Assembly: GCA_011772965.1 (NCBI GenBank)
Contig: WVYN01000080.1
Coordinates: 193,562 to 257,561, forward strand
From: Gammaproteobacteria bacterium
GTDB taxonomy: Bacteria; Pseudomonadota; Gammaproteobacteria; Eutrophobiales; Eutrophobiaceae
Length of the DNA: 64,000 nt
Direction: 5' to 3'
Shown here in pieces: positions 28,908 to 38,521 of this stretch (positions are counted from its first letter, which is position 1; every line of letters begins with the position of its first letter). The notes below the pieces were generated by a model. It searched no databases. It was given only the letters and a program-made list of their open reading frames with translations, and was not told where the DNA came from. Both the position numbers and the translations under genes were made by a program.

Positions 28908-29738
28908 ATGGAACTGTCGTTCACAAAAATGCATGGCTTGGGCAATGATTTCATGGTTGTTAATGCCATCGAAGAACCTGTGATTCTGGAAGCGGATCAG
29001 ATCAGGCAGTTGGCAGATCGCCATTTTGGCATCGGTTTCGATCAGTTATTGATGCTGTCTCAACCTGTAGATAACGGTGCTGATGTCAGTTACCGGATAT
29101 TTAACAGCGATGGTGAGGAAGTATCACAGTGTGGCAACGGGGCCCGTTGTATCGCAGTGTACTTATATGAGCGCGGTATCATTACCAAGCAAGATGTCAT
29201 TGCAGAGACCCGTGAGGGGCTGTTGACCCTGCATCGTCTTGAAAATGGTCAGATCAGGGTCAATATGGGCGTACCTAGGCTGGAACCAACCGAAATCCCA
29301 ATAAATGTCCCCATTCGTGCCCGTGAATACACTCTGGTGATCGATGATGAAAAGATAAAATTTGTTGCTGTGTCAATGGGTAATCCGCATGCCGTATTGA
29401 CAGTGAAAGATGTCATGCAGGCCCCGGTAGAAACACTTGGACCGGTGATACAGCATGACAAGCTGTTTCCGCAAGGCGTCAATGTCGGCTTCATGCAAGT
29501 TGTCGATAGATCCAGCATCCATTTGCGTGTTTATGAGCGCGGGGCGGGAGAGACACTGGCCTGTGGCAGCGGCGCCTGTGCCGCAGTCGTCGCCGGTCGT
29601 TTGCAGGAAAAACTGGATGAATCTGTCAAGGTGGGTCTCAATGGCGGACAATTACTGGTATCATGGAAGGGTGAAGGTGAGCCCGTATTCATGACGGGAC
29701 CGGCAACTTTTGTTTATGACGGAAGGGTGACACTATGA
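28908..29738 (+). CDS. dapF: Diaminopimelate epimerase
   Basis: MELSFTKMHGLGNDFMVV, catalytic cysteines in SQCGNGARC and LACGSGACA. Confidence 0.95.
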   Translation: MELSFTKMHGLGNDFMVVNAIEEPVILEADQIRQLADRHFGIGFDQLLMLSQPVDNGADVSYRIFNSDGEEVSQCGNGARCIAVYLYERGIITKQDVIAETREGLLTLHRLENGQIRVNMGVPRLEPTEIPINVPIRAREYTLVIDDEKIKFVAVSMGNPHAVLTVKDVMQAPVETLGPVIQHDKLFPQGVNVGFMQVVDRSSIHLRVYERGAGETLACGSGACAAVVAGRLQEKLDESVKVGLNGGQLLVSWKGEGEPVFMTGPATFVYDGRVTL

Positions 29739-30445
29739 CGACGCAGAAAGAAAATAACGCGGCCATCTCGTCAATTTCCGATGATGATGTTGTTGATTAC
29801 CTTTGCAAACATCCCGATTTTTTTCACGAGCATACCGATTTACTCAGTCAGCTCGAGATCCCGCATATAGACAGTGGCGGTGCCATTTCCCTGGTAGAGC
29901 GCCAGGTCCAGGTGCTCAGGGAACAAAATCAGCATGCTAGAAAAAAACTGCATGAACTCATTGAGATCGCCAGACAAAATGAGGAGCTGGCCCGGCGCAT
30001 GCATAAACTTTCATTAACCCTGATGGATGCCGACGAGCCCAAGGATATTTTTTCAACCTTGTACGACAATCTAATGAAGAATTTTCATGCCGATAAGGTT
30101 GCCGTGCGCCTGTTTGCTGATCCGGCGTTCATTGATAGCTATAGTGGTGAAGAATTTGCAGGTAGTGATGCCGAAGAAAAGGCACTGTTCAAGAGTATCA
30201 TTGATAAACTGGAACCTTTATGTGGCCGTATGAAACATCAGCAGCGGGTGTTTATGTTTGGTGACGATGGCAATGAAGTCGCTTCGTCTATCATGTTACC
30301 GCTGCATGGTAAAGGCTGGAGTGGCATACTCTCGATAGCCAGCTTTGACCCCGAGCGTTTTCAACCCGGTATGGGTGTAGAACTTCTTGCCAATCTTACT
30401 GAAGTACTGAGCTTTATCCTGAAACCATGGGTTATTGAAAATTAA
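29735..30445 (+). CDS. DUF484 family protein
   Basis: Sits in the conserved dapF-DUF484-xerC position. GAF-like C-terminus. 4-nt overlap with dapF. Confidence 0.75.
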   Translation: MTTQKENNAAISSISDDDVVDYLCKHPDFFHEHTDLLSQLEIPHIDSGGAISLVERQVQVLREQNQHARKKLHELIEIARQNEELARRMHKLSLTLMDADEPKDIFSTLYDNLMKNFHADKVAVRLFADPAFIDSYSGEEFAGSDAEEKALFKSIIDKLEPLCGRMKHQQRVFMFGDDGNEVASSIMLPLHGKGWSGILSIASFDPERFQPGMGVELLANLTEVLSFILKPWVIEN

Positions 30446-30486
30446 GTCACCCTCAGACATTGACTTGTCGACATTCCTTAACTCAT

Positions 30487-31377
30487 ATGCAAGACAGTGA
30501 ACAAAAACACCTGGAAGAATTTCATGCAAGGCTCAAGCATCTCTCTGTTCATACCCGTAACGCTTATCGCCGTGATCTGAATAAACTACTGGATCATTGC
30601 CGTAACCAGGAAATAGCCACTTGGCAGGCGCTCGACAGCCGGCAACTGCGCAGTTTTATTAGTTCCCAATTTCGTCGGGGTATTGGTGGCAGGACGCTGC
30701 AGCGACAGCTCTCCGCTATTCGCAAGTTTTATCATTATCTAATTGATGCAGGGATCTGTAAACAAAACCCGGCTCAGGGTATTAGCGCACCCAGGACACC
30801 GCGTAAGTTGCCTCGTGCACTGGATGTGGATCAGGCTGCCCAGTTACTGAATATCGACAACAAGGACCCACTGGCCATTCGGGATCTGGCTATGATGGAA
30901 TTATTATATTCCTCTGGTCTGCGACTATCGGAATTAATCCAATTGAACCTGGAGAATCTGGATCTCCGGGATGCACTCGTTACGGTACTCGGCAAGGGCA
31001 AAAAGACCCGCACTGTTCCCATCGGTCGGCAGGCACTAAGGGCAATCGGGGACTGGCTGACACTGCGCGAGACGATTGCCAATACCGGGGAAAGCGCCGT
31101 GTTTGTCAGTCGGCGCGGACAACGCTTGTCAGCGCGCGGTCTGCAGCAGCGCCTGCGACAATGGGCCATACGTCAGGGTTTGCCCGCTAACGTTCATCCA
31201 CACATGCTACGTCACTCGTTTGCCAGTCACTTACTGGAATCCAGCGGTGATCTCCGGGCCGTCCAGGAGTTGCTGGGACATGCCGATATCAGCACGACAC
31301 AGGTCTACACTCATCTTGATTTTCAGCATCTGGCAAGGGTTTACGACCAGGCCCATCCCCGGGCCAGGAAACGCTAG
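30487..31377 (+). CDS. xerC: Tyrosine recombinase XerC
   Basis: Start at MQDSEQKHL. Catalytic motifs ...GLRLSEL..., [13 protein letters not shown] and [17 protein letters not shown]. Confidence 0.9.
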   Translation: MQDSEQKHLEEFHARLKHLSVHTRNAYRRDLNKLLDHCRNQEIATWQALDSRQLRSFISSQFRRGIGGRTLQRQLSAIRKFYHYLIDAGICKQNPAQGISAPRTPRKLPRALDVDQAAQLLNIDNKDPLAIRDLAMMELLYSSGLRLSELIQLNLENLDLRDALVTVLGKGKKTRTVPIGRQALRAIGDWLTLRETIANTGESAVFVSRRGQRLSARGLQQRLRQWAIRQGLPANVHPHMLRHSFASHLLESSGDLRAVQELLGHADISTTQVYTHLDFQHLARVYDQAHPRARKR

Positions 31378-31468
31378 GCCAGTTATTATCCTTTCCGGGC
31401 CTTGTTTTTTTTCTGCAAGGCACAATCTTAGGTACAATGCCGCTTCAAAAATGATAAGGAGAATTCCC

Positions 31469-32011
31469 TTGCAGCAGTTCAAAGGTACGACCATTCTTTC
31501 CGTGCGCCGGGGGAATGCCGTTGCCATCGGCGGTGATGGCCAGGTGTCACTGGGCGACACTATCATGAAGGGCAATGCCCGAAAAGTGCGGCGGCTTTAC
31601 AAGGATCAGATACTGGCCGGATTTGCCGGTGGAACCGCTGATGCTTTTACCCTGTTTGAGCGTTTTGAAGGCAAGCTGGAAAAACATCAGGGTCACATGA
31701 TGCGATCAGCTGTAGAACTGGCCAAGGACTGGCGCAGTGACAAAATGTTACGTCGGTTGGAAGCCATGCTTTGTGTGGCAGACAAGCAAACATCACTCAT
31801 CATTTCGGGCAATGGTGATGTGATTGAACCGGAGGACAATATCATGGCCATTGGTTCGGGAGGAGCCTTTGCCCGGTCAGCCGCATTGGCCCTGTTACAA
31901 AACACTAAACTCTCAGCACAGGAAATCGTAGAAAAAGGACTGAATATCGCGGCAGATATCTGTGTTTATACCAATCACTCTCTGATAATCGAAGATTTGT
32001 CAGGCGAGTAA
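31469..32011 (+). CDS. hslV: ATP-dependent protease subunit HslV
   Basis: AAGGAGA at 31456-31462, then TTG at 31469 (alternative in-frame ATG at 31451). Active-site Thr in [11 protein letters not shown]. The 311-aa ORF from 31076 is an upstream open-frame artefact. Confidence 0.88.
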   Translation: MQQFKGTTILSVRRGNAVAIGGDGQVSLGDTIMKGNARKVRRLYKDQILAGFAGGTADAFTLFERFEGKLEKHQGHMMRSAVELAKDWRSDKMLRRLEAMLCVADKQTSLIISGNGDVIEPEDNIMAIGSGGAFARSAALALLQNTKLSAQEIVEKGLNIAADICVYTNHSLIIEDLSGE

Positions 32012-32035
32012 TACTCATACCTTTCCGGATTTTTT

Positions 32036-33361
32036 ATGTCAGAGTTAACCCCATCAGAGATTGTCAATGAATTAAACAAGCATATCATTGGCCAGGAAGA
32101 GGCCAAACGGGCCGTCGCTATTGCGCTTCGCAACCGATGGCGCCGGCTCCAGGTTAAGGAAGAACTTCGTAACGAAATAACGCCCAAAAATATTCTAATG
32201 ATTGGTCCTACTGGTGTTGGCAAGACCGAAATTGCAAGGCGCCTTGCAAAACTGGCCAACGCGCCCTTTATCAAGATCGAGGCAACAAAATTCACAGAGG
32301 TAGGTTATGTAGGGCGTGATGTGGAATCGATCGTGCGTGATCTCGTGGATGTATCAGTGAAAATGACGCGCGAAGTAGAAATGGCAAAGGTCAAGGACCG
32401 TGCCGAGTATGCTGCCGAAGCCAGAATTCTCGATATTCTGTTGCCAAAGGCCAGGACATTTGAAGATACGGAAGCAGAGGATGCTAATACCACCCGTGCC
32501 AAGTTTCGCAGCATGTTGCGGGAGGGCAAGCTTGATGACAAGGAAATCGAGATTGAACTGAATATGCCCGGAATTGGCGTTGAGATCATGGCGCCTCCCG
32601 GCATGGAAGAGATGACCAGTCAGTTGCAAAACATGTTTCAGAACATGTCTGGCGGGAAAAAGGCAACGCGAACCCTAAGGGTTAGCGAAGCAATAAAACT
32701 ACTGGCTGAAGAAGAAGCAGCCAAACTGGTTAATGAAGATGATATCAAGCTTCGGGCAATTGAAAATGCTGAACAGAATGGCCTGGTATTTCTTGATGAG
32801 ATCGACAAGGTCACACGGCGTTCTGAAAGCAGCGGTCCGGATGTGTCTCGGGAGGGTGTGCAACGAGATCTTTTGCCATTGGTAGAAGGATCTACTGTTT
32901 CCACCAAGTTTGGCATGGTAAGGACGGATCATATCCTGTTTATCGCTTCGGGTGCCTTCCACCTGGCAAAACCTTCTGACCTGATACCGGAGCTGCAGGG
33001 ACGCTTGCCTATTCGGGTTGAGCTCAATGCGCTGACAGTCGAAGACTTTGTGCGTATCTTGACAGAGCCGGATGCTTCTTTAACAGAACAATATACTGCG
33101 CTGATAGCTACCGAGGGTGTCAGTCTGCAGTTCAGTGAAGATGGAATTTCACGCATTGCCGAAATCGCCTGGCAGGTCAATGAAAGTACAGAAAACATCG
33201 GTGCCCGGCGCTTACATACCGTTATGGAACGCTTGCTCGAACCGATATCATTTGATGCTTCAGAAACGGCCGGACAAACAATCAGAATTGATGCCGAGTA
33301 CGTTAACAGCAAGCTGGGATCATTGGCAGAAGACCAAGATCTTGCGAGGTATATTCTCTGA
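32036..33361 (+). CDS. hslU: ATP-dependent protease ATPase subunit HslU
   Basis: [37 protein letters not shown] and Walker [16 protein letters not shown]. Confidence 0.96.
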   Translation: MSELTPSEIVNELNKHIIGQEEAKRAVAIALRNRWRRLQVKEELRNEITPKNILMIGPTGVGKTEIARRLAKLANAPFIKIEATKFTEVGYVGRDVESIVRDLVDVSVKMTREVEMAKVKDRAEYAAEARILDILLPKARTFEDTEAEDANTTRAKFRSMLREGKLDDKEIEIELNMPGIGVEIMAPPGMEEMTSQLQNMFQNMSGGKKATRTLRVSEAIKLLAEEEAAKLVNEDDIKLRAIENAEQNGLVFLDEIDKVTRRSESSGPDVSREGVQRDLLPLVEGSTVSTKFGMVRTDHILFIASGAFHLAKPSDLIPELQGRLPIRVELNALTVEDFVRILTEPDASLTEQYTALIATEGVSLQFSEDGISRIAEIAWQVNESTENIGARRLHTVMERLLEPISFDASETAGQTIRIDAEYVNSKLGSLAEDQDLARYIL

Positions 33362-33380
33362 TAAGCAAGTCGTATCAAGC

Positions 33381-33746
33381 ATGGATAAATCACCCAAACC
33401 GCTGTCGATTAACCTGCACAAGAAATCACGCTGTCTTGATATCGAATTTGATGATGGCAAGCAGTTTCGCTATAGCTGTGAGTTTTTGCGTGTCCTTTCT
33501 CCCTCTGCTGATGTGAAGGGGCACGGCCCGGGACAGGGCGTGATCCAGACAGGCAGGGAAGATGTTAATATTGATAACATCGAGCCGGTTGGAAATTACG
33601 CTATAAAACTGTTATTTGATGACGGACACCATACAGGACTGTACTCCTGGTCCTATCTGTATGATTTGGGCACGAACATGGATGAATATTGGCGGGACTA
33701 TCTGGAGAAGCTGGAAAAAGCGGGGCATTCGCGCAAACAATCATGA
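33381..33746 (+). CDS. DUF971 family protein (gamma-butyrobetaine hydroxylase-like N-terminal domain)
   Basis: 121 aa. FRYSCEFLRVLSPSADVKGH...VGNYAIKLLFDDGHHTGLYSWSYL is typical of DUF971. ATGA overlap with ubiE. Confidence 0.75.
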   Translation: MDKSPKPLSINLHKKSRCLDIEFDDGKQFRYSCEFLRVLSPSADVKGHGPGQGVIQTGREDVNIDNIEPVGNYAIKLLFDDGHHTGLYSWSYLYDLGTNMDEYWRDYLEKLEKAGHSRKQS

Positions 33747-34489
33747 ATGACACGACAACTGATTTTGGCTTTACCAAGGTACCTTCAGACCAGAAGACAC
33801 GACTGGTAGGAGAAGTTTTTACCTCCGTTTCGTCCCGTTATGACCTTATGAATGATCTGATGTCATTCGGCGTGCATCGATTGTGGAAACGTTACGCTGT
33901 ACATCTGTCCGGAGTCAGGCAAGGTCATCAGGTGCTGGATGTAGCAAGTGGAACCGGAGATCTGGCCAGACTGTTTCAGCGGCGTGTAGGAGAAAGTGGC
34001 CAGATTGTTATCGCGGACATCAATCTTGACATGATCCGGGAAGGACGGGACAAGCTGATTGATCAAGGCATTGTCCGTGGTATGGAATATATCCAGGCAA
34101 ATGCCGAGAAATTGCCATTTAGAGATAACTCGTTTGATTGTGTTTCGATTGCCTTTGGTTTGCGCAATGTGACCAACAAGGCAGCAGCGCTACGATCGAT
34201 GTATAAAAAAACACGGTATGGCGGTTCTCTTATCATTCTTGAATTCTCATCGGTCGTATTGCCATATCTTGGAGCCTTGTATGAAAAGTATTCATTCAAG
34301 CTTATCCCGATACTCGGCAAGGTAGTTGCCAGAGATGAAGGCAGTTATCGTTACCTGGTTGAATCTATACGCACGCATCCTGACCAGGAAGCCCTTAAAC
34401 TCATGATTGAGGCGGCCGGTTTTAATCGAGTTGAGTACCATAATCTCTCCGGTGGAATTGTTGCCGTGCATCGCGCCTGGAAACTCTGA
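33743..34489 (+). CDS. ubiE: Ubiquinone/menaquinone biosynthesis C-methyltransferase
   Basis: MNDTTTDFGFTKVPSDQKTRLVGEVFTSVSSRYDLMNDLMSFGVHRLWK and SAM motif VLDVASGTGD. Confidence 0.93.
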   Translation: MNDTTTDFGFTKVPSDQKTRLVGEVFTSVSSRYDLMNDLMSFGVHRLWKRYAVHLSGVRQGHQVLDVASGTGDLARLFQRRVGESGQIVIADINLDMIREGRDKLIDQGIVRGMEYIQANAEKLPFRDNSFDCVSIAFGLRNVTNKAAALRSMYKKTRYGGSLIILEFSSVVLPYLGALYEKYSFKLIPILGKVVARDEGSYRYLVESIRTHPDQEALKLMIEAAGFNRVEYHNLSGGIVAVHRAWKL

Positions 34490-34501
34490 GGATATTTTTG
34501 T

Positions 34502-35104
34502 ATGTTTTCATTCCAGGTAAAAATGCAGTCATTATTCAATGAACTTATCAAGCAAGATGCCCGTAGTGCGGATAAACTTTCTGCCTTGCGCGGCAGAGTC
34601 GTCATGATTCACATTGATGGACCAGACAGAGTTGTTTGCCTGCAATTCCTAGAGGATGGTGTCAGGTTACTGGAAGCTTTTGAGGGTGAACCACATGTAA
34701 CTATTTCGGCAACTCCCATTACGTATCTATCGCTATTGATGAATCATGCCGGCGGTTTCCCGGCGAATATGAACATTCAGGGTGATGTCGGGGTGGTTCA
34801 GAAATTCCAGCAATTTTTGCATGAACTCGAGTTCGATTGGGAAGAGCTGGTCTCACACTGGACCGGTGATATTGCAGCAAGGCAACTGGGCCGGCTGGCC
34901 AGGGCCATGCGTCATTATCTGGCAGAAGTCAGGGAAAGTACCCGCCTGAATATCAGCGAATACCTTTTGTATGAAAAGGAAATTGTTCCGGAGAAAAAGG
35001 AAATCGATGGTTTTATCCGGGAAATCGCCACATTAAGAAATGATTCGGAGAGACTGTTTCAGCGCTTTGAACGCCTTGAAAAACAAGTACAGGGGTCCAG
35101 CTAA
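34502..35104 (+). CDS. ubiJ: Ubiquinone biosynthesis accessory factor UbiJ (SCP2 domain)
   Basis: 200 aa between ubiE and ubiB (conserved position). SCP2-like N-terminal domain. Confidence 0.75.
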   Translation: MFSFQVKMQSLFNELIKQDARSADKLSALRGRVVMIHIDGPDRVVCLQFLEDGVRLLEAFEGEPHVTISATPITYLSLLMNHAGGFPANMNIQGDVGVVQKFQQFLHELEFDWEELVSHWTGDIAARQLGRLARAMRHYLAEVRESTRLNISEYLLYEKEIVPEKKEIDGFIREIATLRNDSERLFQRFERLEKQVQGSS

Positions 35105-35110
35105 CGGGTT

Positions 35111-36778
35111 ATGGAAAGCCTTGGTGAAATTTTCAGACTGCTGAAGATCCAACGCATACTCATTCGCCATGGGCTTGATGAGATCATATTTGCCACCCAT
35201 CTGTTCCGGCCAGTTCGTCTGCTGTTTTATCTTTTGCCCTGGAATTGGTTTGGTAACCGGGCCAAGGGAACACATGCTGAACGCATTCGCCGTGCCCTTG
35301 AAGACCTCGGCCCGGTTTTCGTCAAGCTTGGTCAGTTATTATCTACTCGACGTGACATGTTGCCCGAGGACATTGCCAATGAACTGTCCAGGTTGCAGGA
35401 TAATGTGCCACCGTTTCCCGGCCATGTTGCCCGCCGGATCATCGAGGATGAGTTCGATAAACCGATCAGTGATCTGTTTGGTGAATTCAATGAAACGCCA
35501 ACAGCCTCAGCCTCAATTGCCCAGGTGCATGCAGCTACCATGAATGATGGCCGAAAGGTGATCGTCAAGGTGTTACGCCCTGACATTGAGGATATTATCA
35601 AGCGTGATCTGGGTCTGTTATACTTCCTGGCCCGCCAGGCTGAGCATTATTCGGAAGATGGACGGCGGCTTCGCCCTACCAATGTGGTGCTTGAATTACG
35701 CAAGACATTATTCAATGAACTGGATTTCATGCGAGAGGCTGCAAACGCTTGCCAGTTCAAACGAAATTTTGCAAATTCGACCAGGATCCATATTCCTGAG
35801 ATCGAATGGCCACTGACCAGTGAACGTGTACTGGTCATGGAGCGTATAGATGGTATACCGCTCACTGATATTGCCTCTCTCAAGGCCGCAAACATTGACC
35901 TCAAGTGGCTGGCAGAAACCGGAGTGGAGATCTTTTTTACCCAGGTATTTAGAGACAGTTTTTTCCATGCGGATATGCATCCCGGTAATATCTTTGTGGC
36001 ACCGAGCGAAAATGGTAGGCACCCGATCATACAGCTGGTGGATTTCGGTATCGCCAGTTCACTCAGTGAATTTGACCAACGTTACCTGGCAGAAAATTTT
36101 ATCGCTTTTCTGGACAAGGATTACCAGCGCGTTGCTGAACTGCATGTCGAGTCTGGCTGGGTGCCAAGGGGTACGAGAGTTGATGAATTTGAAGCGGCGA
36201 TCCGTACTGTATGTGAACCACTGTTTGATCGTGCGATCCAGCAAATATCTTTTGGTAACTTGTTACTCAGGTTATTTCAGACTGCTCGTCAGTTTGGCAT
36301 GGTAATTATGCCGCAGCTTTTATTATTACAAAAAACTCTGGTAAATATTGAAGGCATGGGCCGACAATTATACCCGGATCTTGATATCTGGAAGGTTGCA
36401 CGTCCACAGATGGAGCGCTGGATGAGTGAGCGTGTCGGCTTGCGAGGACTCTATCGCGGGACACGTAAGAACATACCTCATTGGCTGGATCGTTTGCCAG
36501 AATTACCGGGGAAGGCGATCGATCTTATGGAGAGATTGCGAGATGGACGGATTGAATTTCAGACTCGCTCGGATGATATTCAAAAATTGCGACTGGAGAT
36601 AAAACAAGCAAACAAACGTACAGTAATGGCAATTGCAGGTTCAACATTTATCCTGGCGGCGGCGATTATCTATGGTCTGGATGGCTTCTCCCCGTTGATG
36701 TTCAGCGGTGCACCGCTCCTTTCCTGGGTATTTGGTATTGCCGGTATTGGCTTACTGGTATTTTCGTCAGGTGATTGA
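35111..36778 (+). CDS. ubiB: Ubiquinone biosynthesis regulatory protein kinase UbiB
   Basis: 555 aa. ABC1/UbiB kinase-like motifs (ASIAQVH, VKVLRP, HADMHPGNIF, DFG) and C-terminal TM helices. Confidence 0.93.
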   Translation: MESLGEIFRLLKIQRILIRHGLDEIIFATHLFRPVRLLFYLLPWNWFGNRAKGTHAERIRRALEDLGPVFVKLGQLLSTRRDMLPEDIANELSRLQDNVPPFPGHVARRIIEDEFDKPISDLFGEFNETPTASASIAQVHAATMNDGRKVIVKVLRPDIEDIIKRDLGLLYFLARQAEHYSEDGRRLRPTNVVLELRKTLFNELDFMREAANACQFKRNFANSTRIHIPEIEWPLTSERVLVMERIDGIPLTDIASLKAANIDLKWLAETGVEIFFTQVFRDSFFHADMHPGNIFVAPSENGRHPIIQLVDFGIASSLSEFDQRYLAENFIAFLDKDYQRVAELHVESGWVPRGTRVDEFEAAIRTVCEPLFDRAIQQISFGNLLLRLFQTARQFGMVIMPQLLLLQKTLVNIEGMGRQLYPDLDIWKVARPQMERWMSERVGLRGLYRGTRKNIPHWLDRLPELPGKAIDLMERLRDGRIEFQTRSDDIQKLRLEIKQANKRTVMAIAGSTFILAAAIIYGLDGFSPLMFSGAPLLSWVFGIAGIGLLVFSSGD

Positions 36779-36881
36779 CTGTTAATTCAAAAAGTGTGAG
36801 CCAATCAACAGACTGTTGTTGAACTGGAGTAAAAGTCATGGTCATATAATATAGTAACAACAACGGTAAAAGGGATATGTT

Positions 36882-37613
36882 ATGACCATGCTATCCATGA
36901 GTTCCGTAATTGTCATATCAGTTGGCATGATTATCCTCCTGCAGGGATGCAGTTCCTCATCGCAATCAGTCCGTAACGAGACATTACCACGTCATCAGGC
37001 TACGCATCGTGAATCACGGCAGTCTTATCACCCGTCAGGGCAAGATTTTTATCCCATTCGTTGCAGAGGGAATGTCATCGATGTCGGTAATCCATTGCAA
37101 CAGATTACCGCACATCTAGAGGCCCAGGCGATACCCTACAATTCCATTCCTCTGAGTGATTGTTCGGGCATGTTTCACCGTGTGTTATTGATGCTGGACA
37201 GTACCTGTCCCGGCAATAACTTTCCTACGTACAGGCAACAACGGAGCACACGACAGCTGGCAGAATGGTATCATCATCGAGGCAATCTTGTGCTGGTGCA
37301 TGATGCCATGGCAAGTTCCTATTTGATTAAACCTGGCGCCGTGATGTTTTTCGGCAAACGCGGTAAACGTTATGCTGATTTTAATGCCAATGATCTTTTT
37401 ACACGATCGAGGGGAATTGAACACATGGGTGTAGTTATTTCAGTACAAGAGGACAAAAGGGGAAGGGTAGTGAGTTATCGTATGTTTCATGGCAGGAAAT
37501 CAGGCAATATTGCCAAGGCAACGACACATCTGCGGCATTACCACAGTAAATCATATCCAGCCTATGGCAATGGATCGCAGCAATGGGTAGCAGTTGCTCG
37601 AATTGTGAATTAG
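36882..37613 (+). CDS. NlpC/P60-like (C40 peptidase-like) putative lipoprotein
   Basis: Lipobox-like ILLQGCSS. Cys motif PLSDCSGMFHRV, then PGAVMFFG and IEHMGVVISV in NlpC/P60 order (Cys...His). Confidence 0.55.
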   Translation: MTMLSMSSVIVISVGMIILLQGCSSSSQSVRNETLPRHQATHRESRQSYHPSGQDFYPIRCRGNVIDVGNPLQQITAHLEAQAIPYNSIPLSDCSGMFHRVLLMLDSTCPGNNFPTYRQQRSTRQLAEWYHHRGNLVLVHDAMASSYLIKPGAVMFFGKRGKRYADFNANDLFTRSRGIEHMGVVISVQEDKRGRVVSYRMFHGRKSGNIAKATTHLRHYHSKSYPAYGNGSQQWVAVARIVN

Positions 37614-38248
37614 TCTGCGTTTGATAAAGCAGCTGCTATCGGCTTATCACCCTGATATAATTCAATTACCTTGCCGATGATGTCATCGTTTTCCAGGCAG
37701 AGCTGTATAGCTGTGACTACGTCTGCCCTGGGGACAGACTGTTCACCACTACTGGGTCTGGTTGTCCTTAGGAGTCCGTTTCCAGGATTGTCGGTCAGTT
37801 TCCCGGGTCTTAGGATAGTGTAATCCAGTGGACTCTTTAACAGGTATTCATCGGCTATGTGTTTGCATACATTGTAATGCTTTATGGCATCCGGTCCATT
37901 TTTCGGCTCTCCGGCATTGCGTGAACTGATCATAATAAAGCGTTTAAGCTTTTTCTCTTCACATGCCGAGATTGTCTTGATTGCACCCCACATATCAACA
38001 AGTATGGTTTTGTCTGCGCCGGTGTGTCCTCCTGAGCCGGCGCTGAAAAACAAGGACATCACAACCGTCCAATGCATGGAAAAATTGTCCTTCAAGATCA
38101 CCAATGGTTACCTCTGCCCCCATTTTTTCCAGTGCTGATCGCTGGGATTCATTTCGAACCGTAGTACGCACTGAATGGCCGGATTCAACCAGTTTTTAAC
38201 CAACTGTTTGCCAATTTTGCCGTTAGAACCGATGATCAATGTTTTCAC
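37610..38248 (-). pseudogene. YhfK-like NAD(P)H-binding SDR, disrupted by two homopolymer frameshifts
   Basis: Homology runs across three frames: VKTLIIGSNGKIGKQLVK, then KLVESGHSVRTTVRNESQRSALEKMGAEVTIGDLEGQFFHALDGCDVLVF, then SAGSGGHTGADKTILVD... Confidence 0.75.
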
Positions 38249-38521
38249 AATCAATTTTCCATACAGATGGTTCGGATTGAATATTAAGGTAGATCTTTAA
38301 CATGACTTCCAACTGATTTTCAGCTTCTTTCTCTTGCGCCCATAAAGAGAAAAGAGGAGGGACACAGGGTCTGTCGGGAGCCAGTGATGTCATCGAGGTG
38401 CTGTAAAATAGATGCATACCGCGATAAACTATCATTATAACTAATGTGCTTGCACATAAAGCCGGGATTTTTAATAACAACATTCAAACCTCATAATCAG
38501 CAAGCCGAATAAGGAGTCACT

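Noticed and set aside
30487-31377. Tyrosine recombinase as a possible marker of an integrated mobile element.
   Set aside because: It sits in the canonical dapF-DUF484-xerC-hslVU housekeeping context with normal composition. There is no adjacent tRNA, att-like repeats or cargo genes, so it is the chromosome-dimer resolvase XerC.
31076-32011. 311-aa ORF spanning the xerC 3' end and hslV.
   Set aside because: Only the last 180 or so codons are HslV-like. The upstream part overlaps xerC out of frame. A strong AAGGAGA plus TTG/ATG start at 31451-31469 gives a normal-length HslV with the active-site Thr near the N-terminus.
38223-38483. 86-aa minus-strand ORF in the SDR / aminotransferase intergenic region.
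   Set aside because: It overlaps the SDR start in another frame and has no motifs or RBS. It most likely consists of promoter DNA for the two divergent genes.
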